A stretch of 64,000 nt of DNA, taken from positions 13,144,001 to 13,208,000 of the forward strand of contig NC_043022.1 in NCBI RefSeq assembly GCF_006345805.1. The letters are read 5' to 3'. Source of the stretch: Octopus sinensis. Its lineage: Eukaryota. Made by a program: the position numbers and the translations under genes. Of this stretch, positions 25,851 through 38,898 are shown piece by piece (the stretch's first letter is position 1; each line of letters begins with the position of its first letter). The notes under the pieces were generated by a model. It had not been told where the DNA came from, searched no databases, and saw only the letters and a list, made by a program, of their open reading frames with translations.

Positions 25851-26342
25851 CTTCTGGAATGTGATCTGGACCGACTGCTTCCCGACGAGGACTGACTGTA
25901 ACCACTACTGGAACTAGAGCGCGATCGACTTCGACTGGAGGAACGAGAAACTGATACAGAACCCTTACGTCTGCTGCTATGCCGACTGCTTGCTTGGGAA
26001 TTTGAACATGTCGGTGACAGTGTTGGGACCCGTGGCCGATCAAAACTTTCTCGATCGCTGGCATACTGCTCGTGATAGCGTTCATCAAAGGAATGCTTCT
26101 GCAAACTGCTTGTGATACCACTGGCTGCCGTAGCTACTGTACTGCTGCCTCCTCCACTTACAGGCACTGCACTGCTTTGGTTGACACCAGTACCACTGCT
26201 AACACCACCAGCACTCGTGCTGCCTCCACTAACTGCTGCTGCGGTACCACTCCCTGTACCACTGATAACACTAGCTGCTGCACCTGTGGCGGCGGTGGCA
26301 CCAGACACATTGGCACCGACAGATTTTGGTCGTTGAGCTGCC
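25851..26342 (-). CDS. SPEN: SPEN coding exon: Ala/Gly/Ser-rich then RS/Ser-rich region; 3' boundary uncertain
   Basis: gtattccag|G GCA GCT CAA; open frame ...HSFDERYHEQYASDRESFDRPR...SRSSSRSRSRSSSSSGYSQSSSGSSRSRSHSR; best stop-free phase-2 donor is AAG|gtcatt at 25850 (weak); a competing donor lies at 25772. Confidence 0.8.
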
Positions 26343-26396
26343 CTGGAATACAGAAACAGAGACAATTATTATAGCAACAGGAAAAAGGTAAAACGA

Positions 26397-26665
26397 AAGG
26401 TCAGAAGGGTAATGAAGGACGAGAGGGAATATACAAGGTCAGAAGGGTAATGAAGGACGAGAGGGAATATACAAGGTCAGAAGGGTAATGAAGGACGAGA
26501 GGGAATATACAAGGTCAGAAGGGTAATGAAGGATGAGAGGGAATATACAAGGTCAGAAGGGTAATGAAGGACGAGAGGGAATATACAAGGTCAGAAGGGT
26601 AATGAAGGACGAGAGGGAATATACAAGGTCAGAAGGGTAGTGAAGGATGAGAGGGAATATACAAG
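26397..26665. repeat. 38-bp minisatellite, ~7 copies
   Basis: AAGGTCAGAAGGGTAATGAAGGACGAGAGGGAATATAC; period 38 (26401 to 26439). Confidence 0.95.
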
Positions 26666-27131
26666 ATAGAACTATAATATGGAGTCATATCACAGAAGGA
26701 GAAAGAGGTTAGGAAAATGAGTAAGGGAAGTGGGCAAAAATGGATTGCTGCATGTGTGACTTTTATCATACTCTAAAGGTACAAAGGGCACAGCTGATCT
26801 CAGTAGAATTTGAACTCAGAACATAAAGAGCCAGCATTCTGTTCAATGCTGTAATGATTGTGTCAGTCCACCAATCAGAAATCCTCATCTACATAGCTGA
26901 GTCTAAGGCAACCCATCTTGGTGCTGCTCCTCTCTATGTTCAGCACTAGAAGCTAACAAAGCTCTGGTGATGAAGTTCACTTTGAAACTGTGTGGTTTGA
27001 GATGCAAACCAACAGTGCAGCCCTTCTGCTGGAACTTTAAGTTCAACCAATGAATCCATGAGATATTTGATAGATGAACATTGTGCAAATGGATACCTTT
27101 CACATTTGTGAGTATCTATCACTGATATATA

Positions 27132-27188
<57 letters not shown>

Positions 27189-27472
27189 GGTGCAATGGCC
27201 CAGTGGTTAGGGGCAGCGGACTCGCGGTCGTAGGATCACGGTTTTGATTCCCAGACTGGCTGTTGTTAGTGTTTATTGAATGAAAACACCTAAAGTTCCA
27301 CAAGGCTTTGGCAGGGGGTAGTGTACTCTTTCACCACAACTTTCTCTCACTCTTTCTTCTGTTAGCCTGCTCGCTTAGCCAGCGGGGTGGCGTCATTGAA
27401 AGGCTAAAACAATGCAAAGAGCATTGTGACCAGCGATGTGTAGCAACATCTGATGGTCTGGTCGGTCACGTG
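27189..27472 (+). mobile_element. tRNA-derived SINE, family A
   Basis: A box TGGCCCAGTGG and B-box-like GGTTTTGATTCC head followed by non-tRNA body, embedded between (TA)n tracts; the same head occurs inverted at ~30155. Confidence 0.8.
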
Positions 27473-28082
27473 ATATATATATATATATATAAAATCAGTA
27501 CATTAAACATACTTTGTGGTATTTATTGTGCCGGAGATGTACACAGATAGGTTTGTCGCATGTGCCATTAGAAATGTAGTAAAACAAGTGGAACCTAAGA
27601 ACCAACAACACTCATCATCATCATCATAATGTCCTCATTTCCACGTTTTCATAGGTGAAACAGAATCCTTTGAGGCAGGTGAGAGTAGGTGACAAGAAGA
27701 GCATCTGGCTGTAGAAAATCTGTTTCCCAGCAACGTGATATTTCTCTACGGCTGGAATATGTTTACACCAAAATTTTGGAATTGAACATCATCATCATCA
27801 TCATCGTTTAACATCCGCTTTCCATGCTGGCATGGGTTGGACGATTTGACTGAGGGCCGGTGAACCAGATGGCTGCACCAGGCTTCAATCTTGATCTGGC
27901 AGAGTTTCTACAGCTGGATGCCCTTCCTAATGCCAACCACTCCACGACTCTGCTTAACTGATTGCAACACTTGTAACTATCACACAATGTCAAGACAAGC
28001 AGAAACAGATGAAGATGCATGCAAAAGTGTTCTTATAATTTTTGTCTACCACATCCAATAACAGAAGACACTTGTCTACTGG

Positions 28083-28321
28083 CAAAGGTGGTGAGCTGGC
28101 AGAAACGTTAGCACGCCAGGCGAAATGCGTAGCCGTATTTCGTCTGTCGCTACGTTCTGAGTTCAAATTCCACCGAGGTCGACTTTGCCTTTCATCCTTT
28201 CGGGGGTCAATAAATTAAGTACCAGTTACGCACTGGGGTCGATGTAATCGACTTAATACCTATGTCTGTCCTTGTTTGTCCCCTCTATGTTTAGCCCCTT
28301 GTGGGTAATAAAGAAATAGGT
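28083..28321 (+). mobile_element. tRNA-derived SINE, family B
   Basis: GGTGAGCTGGCAGAA (A-box-like), GAGTTCAAATTCC (B box); near-identical inverted copy at 56877-57082; degraded copies near 26790, 44300 and 50350. Confidence 0.8.
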
Positions 28322-29799
28322 ATTACAGAGTGGGACTGAATCTGAAACCACATGGTTGGATAGTCAACTTCTGGAGCATATAGGAAAGCTTTAGTGAATA
28401 CTTGTTCACAAAATACAGAACATAAAATAGATTTGAACAAGAAGGGACCCACAAGAATAGAAGAGGAAGTTATACACAAAAGAGGGAAGAGTATAAAGAT
28501 ATAAACTGTAGTATATATAGAAAAAGGAGAGGCAAATTGAGGAGGAGAGTAAGGGATTGCTAGGAAAAGGCAAGTGTATAAAGTAGGAGTGTAAAATGGT
28601 ATTTTCAAAGTCGTATAAAGGATTGGTGGTAGAGATTTTTATCATGAAATAAAACTAGTACAAAGAAAGAAATGGAAATAAAAGGAAAGTGCAACCTGTA
28701 CAGTCTAGTGGGTGTGAGATTTCACTTTATCTACCCATGGAAAACACAAAAGCGAGCATCTAAATGGTTAAATGTTGCATGGCTCATTAAATTATGGAAA
28801 TGTGGTTTCCTGTTGTAAAATGCACACCCATGCAGTGACCCACTTTTATGCTTTCCAGGAAATCACGCTTCAAAGTGAAATCACACATGAAAGCATACTT
28901 GTGGCTTCAAAAAAGTTAAGGTACCATGAATTTGAACCAAAGTTGAGAAGTGCAATGTAGGGAATGAGGGAGCTTCAAACAAACAATTTAGAGATTTTCG
29001 CAGAACCAATCATATTTTTCACATTCCTTTTATAGAGTAATTGGAGTTTGTTATACTCCTTACCTGGGATTCATTCACATGACACATCTTATATAGAACT
29101 GAATGGTGTTAAGGAGACACACACACACACACACACAAGAGGGTGTCAGTATGGATAAGTAAGAAGCTTGCTTTGCAACCATACACTTTCAGGTTCAGTC
29201 TCACTTCACAGCACCTTGGGCAAGTTTCTTCTGCAACAGGCCAAGGCCAAGCAATAATTCGTGAGTGAATTGAGCAGACAGAAGCTACGCAAGCAGCTTG
29301 TTGTATATGTGTATGTGGTGGGGAGTCATTTTTATGTCTGTCCCCCCAGTTGTGCCCCCCCCTGCTGTGTTGCCTTTATGTTTACACCATTTCACAACAG
29401 GTGTCTTTGTAACTTAAAGAAGAAAAGCAGAATGATAAACTAGGAAATAAGTATATGGGTAGTTTTAACAGGCTAAACTCTAAGTTATGCATAACATGGC
29501 CTTTGTCTCAAACAACAGAAACTAATAAAAGCAGATATTATGATACTGTGCTTTATAAAGGAGATAACAGAGTGTCGAGATATTTTGCGCCTGTCCACTA
29601 CAGCAGAATTGATACTGGTGCCATGTAAAAAGCACCCAGCACACTCTGTAAAGTGGTTGGCATTAGGAAGGGTACCCAGCCATAGAAACCATGCCAGAAC
29701 ATCTGATGGAACTTCATGGGGTCCCCATCCTAACCAGCTCCTGTCAAGTCATTCAACCCATGCCAGCATGGAAAACAGATGTTGGAGGATTCTTGTGCT

Positions 29800-30155
29800 G
29801 ATGTTGATGTGATGTTGATGTTGAGCGAAGTCCGAAACGTGGTCCTTTGCTTATTCGTAAGACCCGCAGAAGAGAAAGCAGGTCAACCCCCCCCCCCTCC
29901 CGACACCGAGAGCATCGACGGATGGATGAATGAATGTGCATCCAGGCTCAGCGGTTGCGTAGGAAGTTGGGGACAAGAAACAGGAAGAAAGAGTGAGAGG
30001 AAGTTGGGCCGAATGAGTACAACAGGGGTCGCCACCATCGCCTGCTTTAGGTGCTTTTGCTCAATAAACACACACAATGCCCGGTCTGGAAATCCAAACC
30101 GCGATCCTCCGACCGCGAGTCCGCTGCCCTAACCACTGGGCCATTGTGCCTCCAC
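29800..30155 (-). mobile_element. tRNA-derived SINE, family A head with different 3' half
   Basis: Reverse complement GGCACAATGGCCCAGTGGTTAGGGCAGCGGACTCGCGGTCGGAGGATCGCGGTTTGGATTTCC; shares ~150 nt with 27189-27472, then diverges; simple-repeat tail. Confidence 0.75.
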
Positions 30156-30925
30156 TTGGTGCTGCTGCTGCTGATATATAGGAACAAATAGTATGATAGG
30201 AATGAAATAAAGTTGAGGGAGAGTAGCAGTGGTTATAACTTTGCTGAGAGAGAAGAGAGTTCTTGCTCTGGAGAGAGAGAGAGAGAGAAGGAGAAGGGGA
30301 CAAACAATGAAATGACCCATAAGGAATTAAGAAACGTGCTGATGTGCTGAAAGACTGAAGTGTCAACTGAGCAATGTGAATAGAACAGTTAGTAATAAGT
30401 AGGTCAAGTTCTATACAAATGTGACCTAAATTTATTATATGTCAACTGCAAACCAGACAAAATGGTTTGGAAGGTGGGGGGGGGTCTGGCTGATGTTCTC
30501 CAGAACCCTACACCAAGAATTTCTGATAAATAACGGTAAAGAAGCTCTAGATTTGTAATTTTACTACAAATGGTATACAGAAAATACTGGCATCTGTAAG
30601 TAGAAAAGAGACCTTACAAGGAACAACCCCCACCCCTCGCCTCCCCTGTACAGTGAATTGCAGTGGAATTTAGTCCAAACAAGGTTTTTATTAAGATGAA
30701 AATTCTTAAATGTACTTTGTGGTATCCAATGGATTTAGCACAGTCAAACTTTTTCTAAAATGGTTTTATGATTTTAAGGTTGTGGTTAAAAAATTTGTTT
30801 CTCAACTGCATGGTTGCCGGTTCAGTCCTACTGTTGTGTGACACTTTAGCCAAGTGTCTTCTACTATAGCCCCAGGCTGACCAAAGGCTTGTAAGTGGAC
30901 TTGGGAGATGAAGTCTGAAAGAAGC

Positions 30926-30967
<42 letters not shown>

Positions 30968-31278
30968 ATGTGCCCTTGTTGAGATATCATGTGATGGTCG
31001 TAAATGAGCATCACTGTCACAGAAGCAACAGTATTGGTTTCCAGTCTACCAGGAAAACATGTCTGGCCATGGGAAAATTTAACACTGCTTGGAAATAGGG
31101 GAGGGCTGACAACAAGAAGGGCATTTGATCATGGAAAATCTGCCTCAATAAGCTCCATTTGACCCATGCAAGCACGGAAAAACAGGCATTAAATGAAATC
31201 TGAAATGAGGATTTCCAGAGATGATTTTTGACTATAAAATTCATGTGAACTCAATTCTCGACAGAATTACCAACTCAC

Positions 31279-31443
31279 CGCTCATATTGCTTGGTAAATG
31301 TGGTTCTGTTCCGTTGGTAAGACCTCGACTGATGCTGCACTTGCTCATCATAAGGGTATCTGTTCTCAAACTGATTTGTTTCTCTGCTGCTACTGCTGCC
31401 ACTATAGTAATATTCCCTGTAGGTGTCCTCCTCATCCAAGCTA
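31279..31443 (-). CDS. SPEN: SPEN coding exon upstream of the Ser-rich region (most 5' exon found)
   Basis: tctttccag|T AGC TTG GAT GAG GAG: SLDEEDTYREYYYSGSSSSRETNQFENRYPYDEQVQHQSRSYQRNRTTFTKQYER; donor CG|gtgagt; 165 nt, phase 2/2, compatible with the next exon. Confidence 0.8.
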
Positions 31444-33395
31444 CTGGAAAGACAAAAAGAAAATAACAATTATTATAGCAGAATAACAATTTGAGGTTAG
31501 AACAAGGTTTAGACTGCAGAAACCTGGACATAAATAATAGAAAGTGTCAAAAATTTATGAGATTTAATAAAATTTACAATTGACATCAGCTTCATTGTAC
31601 AGACAGCTGAAATAGACAAAACTGTAGAGAAGGAATGTTATCGATGAGGTCAAGAAAGGTGATGAAAGGAGTCTGACAAAACTGATTGAATGACCAAATG
31701 ACTACTTAAGCAACTGATTAGTTTATTGGGTTAAAAGGTTACCCAATTGATAAATAAAGAAGTGAAACAGAATTTGTGCGTGTGTTTATTATTGGACCCT
31801 CCCAAGATACAACAAAATGCTTCAACACACATATTCACATCAAGAATCTTGCAAACCAAATACAAATATGAAATACAGGAAAGAACTGCTTGAAAGAAAC
31901 ACATGCATAGAATGTTTATTTAACATGTTTGGATGAAACAAAATTTGTGAATAATTATGTAATTAACTAATTATCAGAGGCAATGGCCGAGTCCATTTGG
32001 CGTTATGCCGTGCTTCAGAAGACCCACCAAGCCAAGTAAAACCACAGCCGTGACAGATGCCACTGTCACACAAATGTGCCAGTGGGACATAAAAACACCC
32101 ATTACACTCTGAGAGTGGTTGGTGTTAGGAAGGGCATCCAACCATAGAAACTAAGCCAAAACAGACTGGAGTCTGGTGCACTGCCCCACCCCAAGCTTGC
32201 CAGCCATGGTCAAACCATCCAACCCATGCCAGCATTCTTATATTAAAAAATGGTCATGTAATGTTTTAGCTCCAAATCAAAACTGCTTCATGAGGCTTTT
32301 CATCAAAAATGTTCCAACTGGCCGTCTTGGCTTTATACATTCAGGATAACATTGGACATGTTTTTTTCCTCATCAGAGAACACCTACCACCATTAAATGA
32401 TGTGTATTCATAATACACATGATTTACAGGTGTAAGGAAACTTTGAGACACCTTACGTAGTTCAAAGTTAACACGTCTCCACAATCAAAGCTAATCCACA
32501 GGAGTGATGTATGTAACAAGAGCACAGGCTCTTGTTTGTAGAAATCAACAAACAATTATTTGTTGATGCATAGTGATATTTTTAGATTTCCAAATCATGA
32601 GTTATGTCATGCTGAAGAGCCCAGAACAAGGGTGAAATGCTACTATCCATGACTAAGGGAAACTTTAATAAAAAATATTATAAGGAAATAATGGATACCC
32701 TTTTCACTCTTTGATAATGATTTCTCAATGTAAGAAAAATAAACTTAGAAACAATCCTCTTGCCTTAAGTATCACACACACACTCTCCTCTCGAGTAGCG
32801 GTTCCCAGTGAGTCAGCTACGTGTATAGTGATGACTGCTAAACAAATAATAATTCATGAGGTGGAGACACACAAAGTTGAAACATGGTTTCTCAAAGATT
32901 CCCTTTATACCAGTGGGTTGCATGCGTTATGAATACACATCGTCTAAAGCGAAGAGACGTTCTCCAATGACAAAAAGCAACAGTCATCAAGTATTCATGT
33001 TCAAATCTGCTAGAAGATATCGAGAATAAATAAATACAGTTATTGTTTGGAGTCCCTCAGTTCTGTGTGTACCTCATGAATAAATTATCATTAATTATAG
33101 CCTTCAAGGATATACACCAGCAAAAGCTACACACACACACACACACACACACACTGTGACATATGCAAAGTAAAGTCAGGTCAGTAAAAAAAAAAAAAAA
33201 CAAACAAACAAAAAACAAAAAAAAAACAATAAAACCACTTTCAACAAGAGAAAATTATAGATATTTTGTGTAGCTTGAAACCAGATCAACTGGGTGTATA
33301 TAGATGAGTCGTTATTGTGAGAACTAGGTTCCTGCTGTCACACTTGGTATATTTATTACAATTCAACATTCAGAGATAGGGGGAGAGGGGGAGGG

Positions 33396-33465
<70 letters not shown>

Positions 33466-33715
33466 ATTACACAAATATGAGAAGAGATAGCCAAAAACTA
33501 CAGAACTGGACCATATTATTTGGTATCTATAGCTGTTGTCACTGTCTCGGTTCCAAGTTCAATTTATGTTGACTTGATAAAAGTTTATTCCACTAATACC
33601 CCCCCCCCGCACCTCTACACACATACAGTCACCCCTCCCACTTACAAACGTTGTCCTTGAGCTTAGTGAAATCAATATGGCAACATATTTTATACACAGA
33701 CATGCAATTATCATT

Positions 33716-33766
<51 letters not shown>

Positions 33767-33907
33767 ATTAACAATAACAAACAATATTTCGTATTCTTTC
33801 CAGAGATCAATGTTTATCCCCCCCCACCTCTTTCTAATTTTTTTCATTCAATCATCCCTTAGCTGCAGATATGGTATAGGGTGGGGGGTCAGTGAGTGAG
33901 CGAGGGA

Positions 33908-33940
<33 letters not shown>

Positions 33941-34311
33941 CAGAAGCCATCAATAGTGATCCAGTGTGTTTGTACATCACAAAATAACAAATATATCTTT
34001 TACTAAGCCAGCAACGAGAACCTCCAATGTGACCAGCTCATTTGCTAGCAATAACGACCAAACTTTTCTTGCCTTTCTTACCAATAAAAAAAAAAGCCAA
34101 AGAACAAAAAAAAAAAAAAAGGATGGAATGGTCACTGTTGGAAAGTCATCGTAAGTCTACAGGTCAAAAATATTCCTAATGACACCATAACAGGGAAGAT
34201 GAAATGTTTTTAATTATCATAGGAAATTAATACCTGACTGTGTCAGCAAATCAGGGAATTAAATACAAAGATGGCTAAGACTGATCTTATTTTGGTTTTA
34301 TTTAAAACACG

Positions 34312-34432
34312 ACAGATCAGTTTTATTCAGGATTTTGTAGCTAAGATAGATCATAGTTTTATTCAGGATTTTGTAGCTAAGATAGATCATAGTTTTATTC
34401 AGGATTTTGTAGCTAAGACAGATCATAGTTTT
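34312..34432. repeat. 36-bp tandem repeat, ~3 copies
   Basis: GATCATAGTTTTATTCAGGATTTTGTAGCTAAGATA repeated. Confidence 0.9.
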
Positions 34433-36698
34433 ATATTTAGGACTTTACACCATGTAATGATTCTCCATATGTTTAGAAAACTATTCAATACAAGACACAA
34501 TGGTACTTACTAAATCTATTAGTATTAACAGAAAGACAAAGGTGAGACACAGACAGACAGGCAGGCAGACAGAGAGGTAGATCATGAAGGAGTGACAGTT
34601 GGCCTAGTTGCTAGGGAAACCACATTACTATACCAACTGATAATAGCTTAATGGTTTCTATTTCACTAACCACGACATCTGGGTGTATGGTTCCAGTTCA
34701 ATGGTTCCAGAGAGATATATATCAGGGAAGTAGATAATGTAATTGATAAGAGGCTGTAGTTATAAAGTCAGAGGTCAGTGTGGTTGAGCAGAGAACCCTT
34801 CCCACAATCACTTCTTCTTGTTTTAACATTTATACACAGATGAGAAATAAGCAAGCAGTTCTTAAAAAAAAAAAAGAAACCTCAACTTAGGAAAGAGACC
34901 AAACATTTCTCACACTCAGCTTAGTCTAGTGACCTGTTTGTTGTGTGTGTATTGCCACACACCATGCACTTGCTGATAGAGTGTGCAACTAAATGCCATA
35001 CAACCTTTAATCAAAACACCGTTTCTTCCAAATTTTGTGGTAAAAGAGAAAGAGAGGAAGCCAAGAAGAGAGTGACAAAAACTTCACTCTAAGTTAAAGA
35101 TATCGGTATAGGAACTTTTATGATTGAAGTTAATACAATTTCAACATCATCATCAATTAACATCCATTTTGACATTGGTTAGCAAGCTTAGAACATGAGC
35201 ATTAAATGATGACGATGATGATGTGTTGTTGAAATTAATGTTAACTGAGAGGTCTTGTCGTGCAAGTTACCTGGTAACCTCACTCGTGCCACATAAAAAG
35301 CATGCAGTAAGGGCATCCAGCCATAAAAATCATGCCAAAGCAGACATGGGGGCCTGATGCAGTCCTCCAGTTCACCAGCTCTTGTTGAACTGCCCAGCCC
35401 ATGCCAACCTGGGAAATGGATATTACTTGATGATGATGATGATGATCATCATCATCATCATCAGTGTATGTGTGCGTGCGTGCGGAAATATTTTAACCTA
35501 TAATAGTTTCTAACATGGGTAAAGATTTTTGAGAGGATATGGCTAGTATTTGAGTGTCACTGGCTGATATTATCAATCTCAGGACAAAAAAGGAAATCAA
35601 GCTCAGTGTCATTTGAAATTAAAACAATAACGCAACGGCCTGTAACACAGCACCCTAACAACATTAAGGTCCGCAAGAGCAGCCTAACACCAACAAGTCT
35701 CAACCAGTGAGAACAAACATAATAAACAACAACGTCAACAACATTAATAAGCAAACATTGTGTTGAGGGACACATCGTTATCAGCAAGTTAACGGCCTGA
35801 CTGCCAATACAGTGTGGGTTATGAATAAATAAGTACAGAGTTGAATTGAGGGTCACACTCTCGACTGACATAGATTTCAGTTACTTCTGGAAATCCAATA
35901 TTAATTTACCAGCCTTAATTATATTATTCATTATGCTAGTAATTATACTTTGGCAGAGAAATAGTACAGCAGAATACAGCAAAAATATTTTTAAATAAAT
36001 AACAGCAAACTGAAAGGTATTCAGAGGATGGTGGTGTCTTTTCAGCCCCAGGTCAATCTTCACTGAGCCAACCCATAATCAGACACATCCCAGCCTTAAA
36101 CATTCAAGTCTTTTTGAAGTGTGTCTAGGACAGGAATGCACAACCTTTCTGGTCCAAAGAGCCAACAAATCATGCAGTCAATCACTCAAGGCAGGCCGCA
36201 AAATATATCATATAATTTGGATGATCAAGAAACATACAAAAACAGTAAAAAAGAAAAGGTTAATAAAGACACGAAGGAAACTTAATATAAGGAAACATAA
36301 TCATAAACATTAATAATTAAATACTATTATATGTGTGTTTTCAGTGTGTGATTGTGGTACAAGCAGTTCGTTATGTTAATTTTCAGGTATTTGTTAAAAC
36401 AAGAAAGTCTTTGCAATATAGTTTTACAGGTTGCAGGTTGTGCATTGCTCATCTAGGATTACATTATTGAAAGTATTCTTTTTGGGACCATATTTCTGTC
36501 GAAATACATTGCCTTCGTTCCGATTAATTTTGAAAATAATGAAAAATGTAGTAAAATGATTATCATTGTTAAACTGGTGTTTGAAATATAAATTAACATG
36601 AAGTTTTGATGGGAAGCTTTGATCTAGATTGCTTTAAGACGTGAAGTTTGTATCATAAAATCAGGGCCAGTTTCAGACGGGTCAAGTATCAAAAGGGT

Positions 36699-36915
36699 TA
36701 ACCCTTTCAGTACCAACCCGGCTGAAACTGGCTCTTGCTTTCAGTCCAAATGTCTTGTTTTCATAAGTTTTGAATTAAAATCTTCCACTAAACCTTAGTC
36801 ACAGTTTATGTTCCTAACACTAGCTGAATGATAACTAAGTTTATTTTACTAAATTCTAACGTAATTGAAGGAAACACATAATATCTCAAAATAAATACAG
36901 TAACAAAAGGGTTAA
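36699..36915. mobile_element. piggyBac-type MITE (same family as 56120-56348) abutting another MITE end at a shared TTAA
   Basis: TTAACCCTTTCAGTACC...GTAACAAAAGGGTTAA; interior clearly similar to 56120-56348; junction AAAAGGG-TTAA-CCCTTT. Confidence 0.75.
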
Positions 36916-37614
36916 AGTCAATCCAGTCAAAGTCCAACTGGGCAGAGATAGCAGCATGATCTCCCACATCTCGTTACACCCTAACATCTTCAAAAAGAGA
37001 CACACATTGGCTCATGTAAATTGCTGATGAACACCTTGGTCATAGATGGATCGTGTTTGATCATAAACTGCTACATCACAACTAACCTAACCACTGTGAT
37101 TACAGGGTTTTATATCTTGAGCCTGAATGAAACCCACGAGGGGAGAACGTTGTGCCTCTCTTATGACCACACAAACAATATATTGAAGGGAACAACAAAA
37201 TGTCGTCTGGCGCCCAAAATCATGTTCCATTTAATATTTCCAGTTTACTTTTTTCTAATTCATTTCTGAATTCTATAAATTTCATTCAACAACAAAGTCT
37301 TCTACCTTCAACATTATTACTTTTTTTAAAAACCAATTCTTTCATTACAAGTTTATTATTTACATTCCCTGTTGAGACACCACCACCAACACCAACACAT
37401 ATATACCCCCCCCCACCGTTGTTTACCACTAATCACTTCCCTCCCTCCTCCCTCTCTCCTTTAAGTTTGCTCTCAGTTGCCCCAGATTACCAATGGTAGT
37501 GGGGGGGGGAAACCCACACATACCACCCCACCCGTCCATTACATCAACTCATTAAATAGCCTGACACCCAGGTCCAGTGCCAAGTTTTAAAAGTTTCTGG
37601 AAATGCAGGAGAGA

Positions 37615-37778
37615 GAGAGGGGGGCGAAGGCAGAGGAAGGGGGGCGAAGGCAGAGAGGGGGGCGAAGGCAGAGGAGGGGGGCGAAGGCAGAGGAAGGGGA
37701 GAAGGCAGAGGAGGGGGGCGAAGCAGAGGAGGGGGGAGAAGGCAGAGGAAGGGGGAGAAGGCAGAGGAAGGGGGAGAA
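37615..37778. repeat. Purine-rich ~18-20-bp tandem repeat
   Basis: GAGGAGGGGGGCGAAGGCA variants, about 8 copies. Confidence 0.85.
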
Positions 37779-38611
37779 TGCATACAAAGCTATCAGATCA
37801 CATGCTTCTCAGACAAAACAAAACACACACACAAAAAAAGTCAAAGTTCCTCATTGCATTCAAGTCATCATTTAAAACCTAAATTAAACTAAATTAATCA
37901 CTACACACACACACACACACACACACAAGCTACTACTGATACTGTCGCCACCACTGCCAAGCACAACCACTACCACAATGACACACACACACACACTACA
38001 TATCAACAGTGACACACATACAGACCTCTCCCTCCCTCCCTCCCCACTGCCATCACTACCACATAGTCATCACCACCATCACCACCACCACCACCACCAC
38101 CTGAATCAGTTTAATGAAGATTTCTGACTGACTAAGCAGCCTAGTGAAGAATCTCATAAAGAACCTCATAAACCTGTTTTAAAACTATTCTATACATTTC
38201 CAGAGTAGTCAGTTCAGTTACTGCAGCCGCAATAATTTACACAATAGACAGGCATGAAAGCCATAGGCTCCACCTAAAAAAAAAATTTTTTTAACCCCCC
38301 CCCCCCCCCCCCAAAATCAAAGCAAATCTGTGCCATATTCACTAAAAATATATGCTGCAGCTATCCGTAAGAAATATTACGTAGTTTGTTACAAAGGAAG
38401 ATATTGGAGACAGGAGGAGAATGAGTCCAAGCAAACACATCTACCATACCAAACACAGAACAAATGGAAATCTAATTGCAGATATAACACACACAAACAT
38501 GAAATATGCAAATTAGCTGGCCTGTCACTTTTGGAACTGAATGTCAGAACATCTCATTTGCATACTGTTTTTTTTTTTTCATTCCCTACAAATTTCATTG
38601 TAATTTATTTT

Positions 38612-38644
<33 letters not shown>

Positions 38645-38862
38645 TTGTGTGAATGCATGTCTCAGTGCGCATGTGAACGTGTAGATAGATAGATAGATAG
38701 GTAGATAGGTAGATAGGTAGATAGATAGGTAGATAGGTAGATAGATAGGTAGGTAGATAGATAGATAGGTAGGTAGATAGATAGATAGGCAGATAGATTC
38801 ATTGATAGATAGGCAGATAGATTCATTGATAGATAGGAAGATAGATGGATGGGTGGATGGTA

Positions 38863-38898
<36 letters not shown>

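Noticed and set aside
27189-27265. tRNA-like heads (also at 28083, 30155, 54630)
   Set aside because: No complete cloverleaf or acceptor stem; they continue into SINE bodies, so they are not called tRNA genes.
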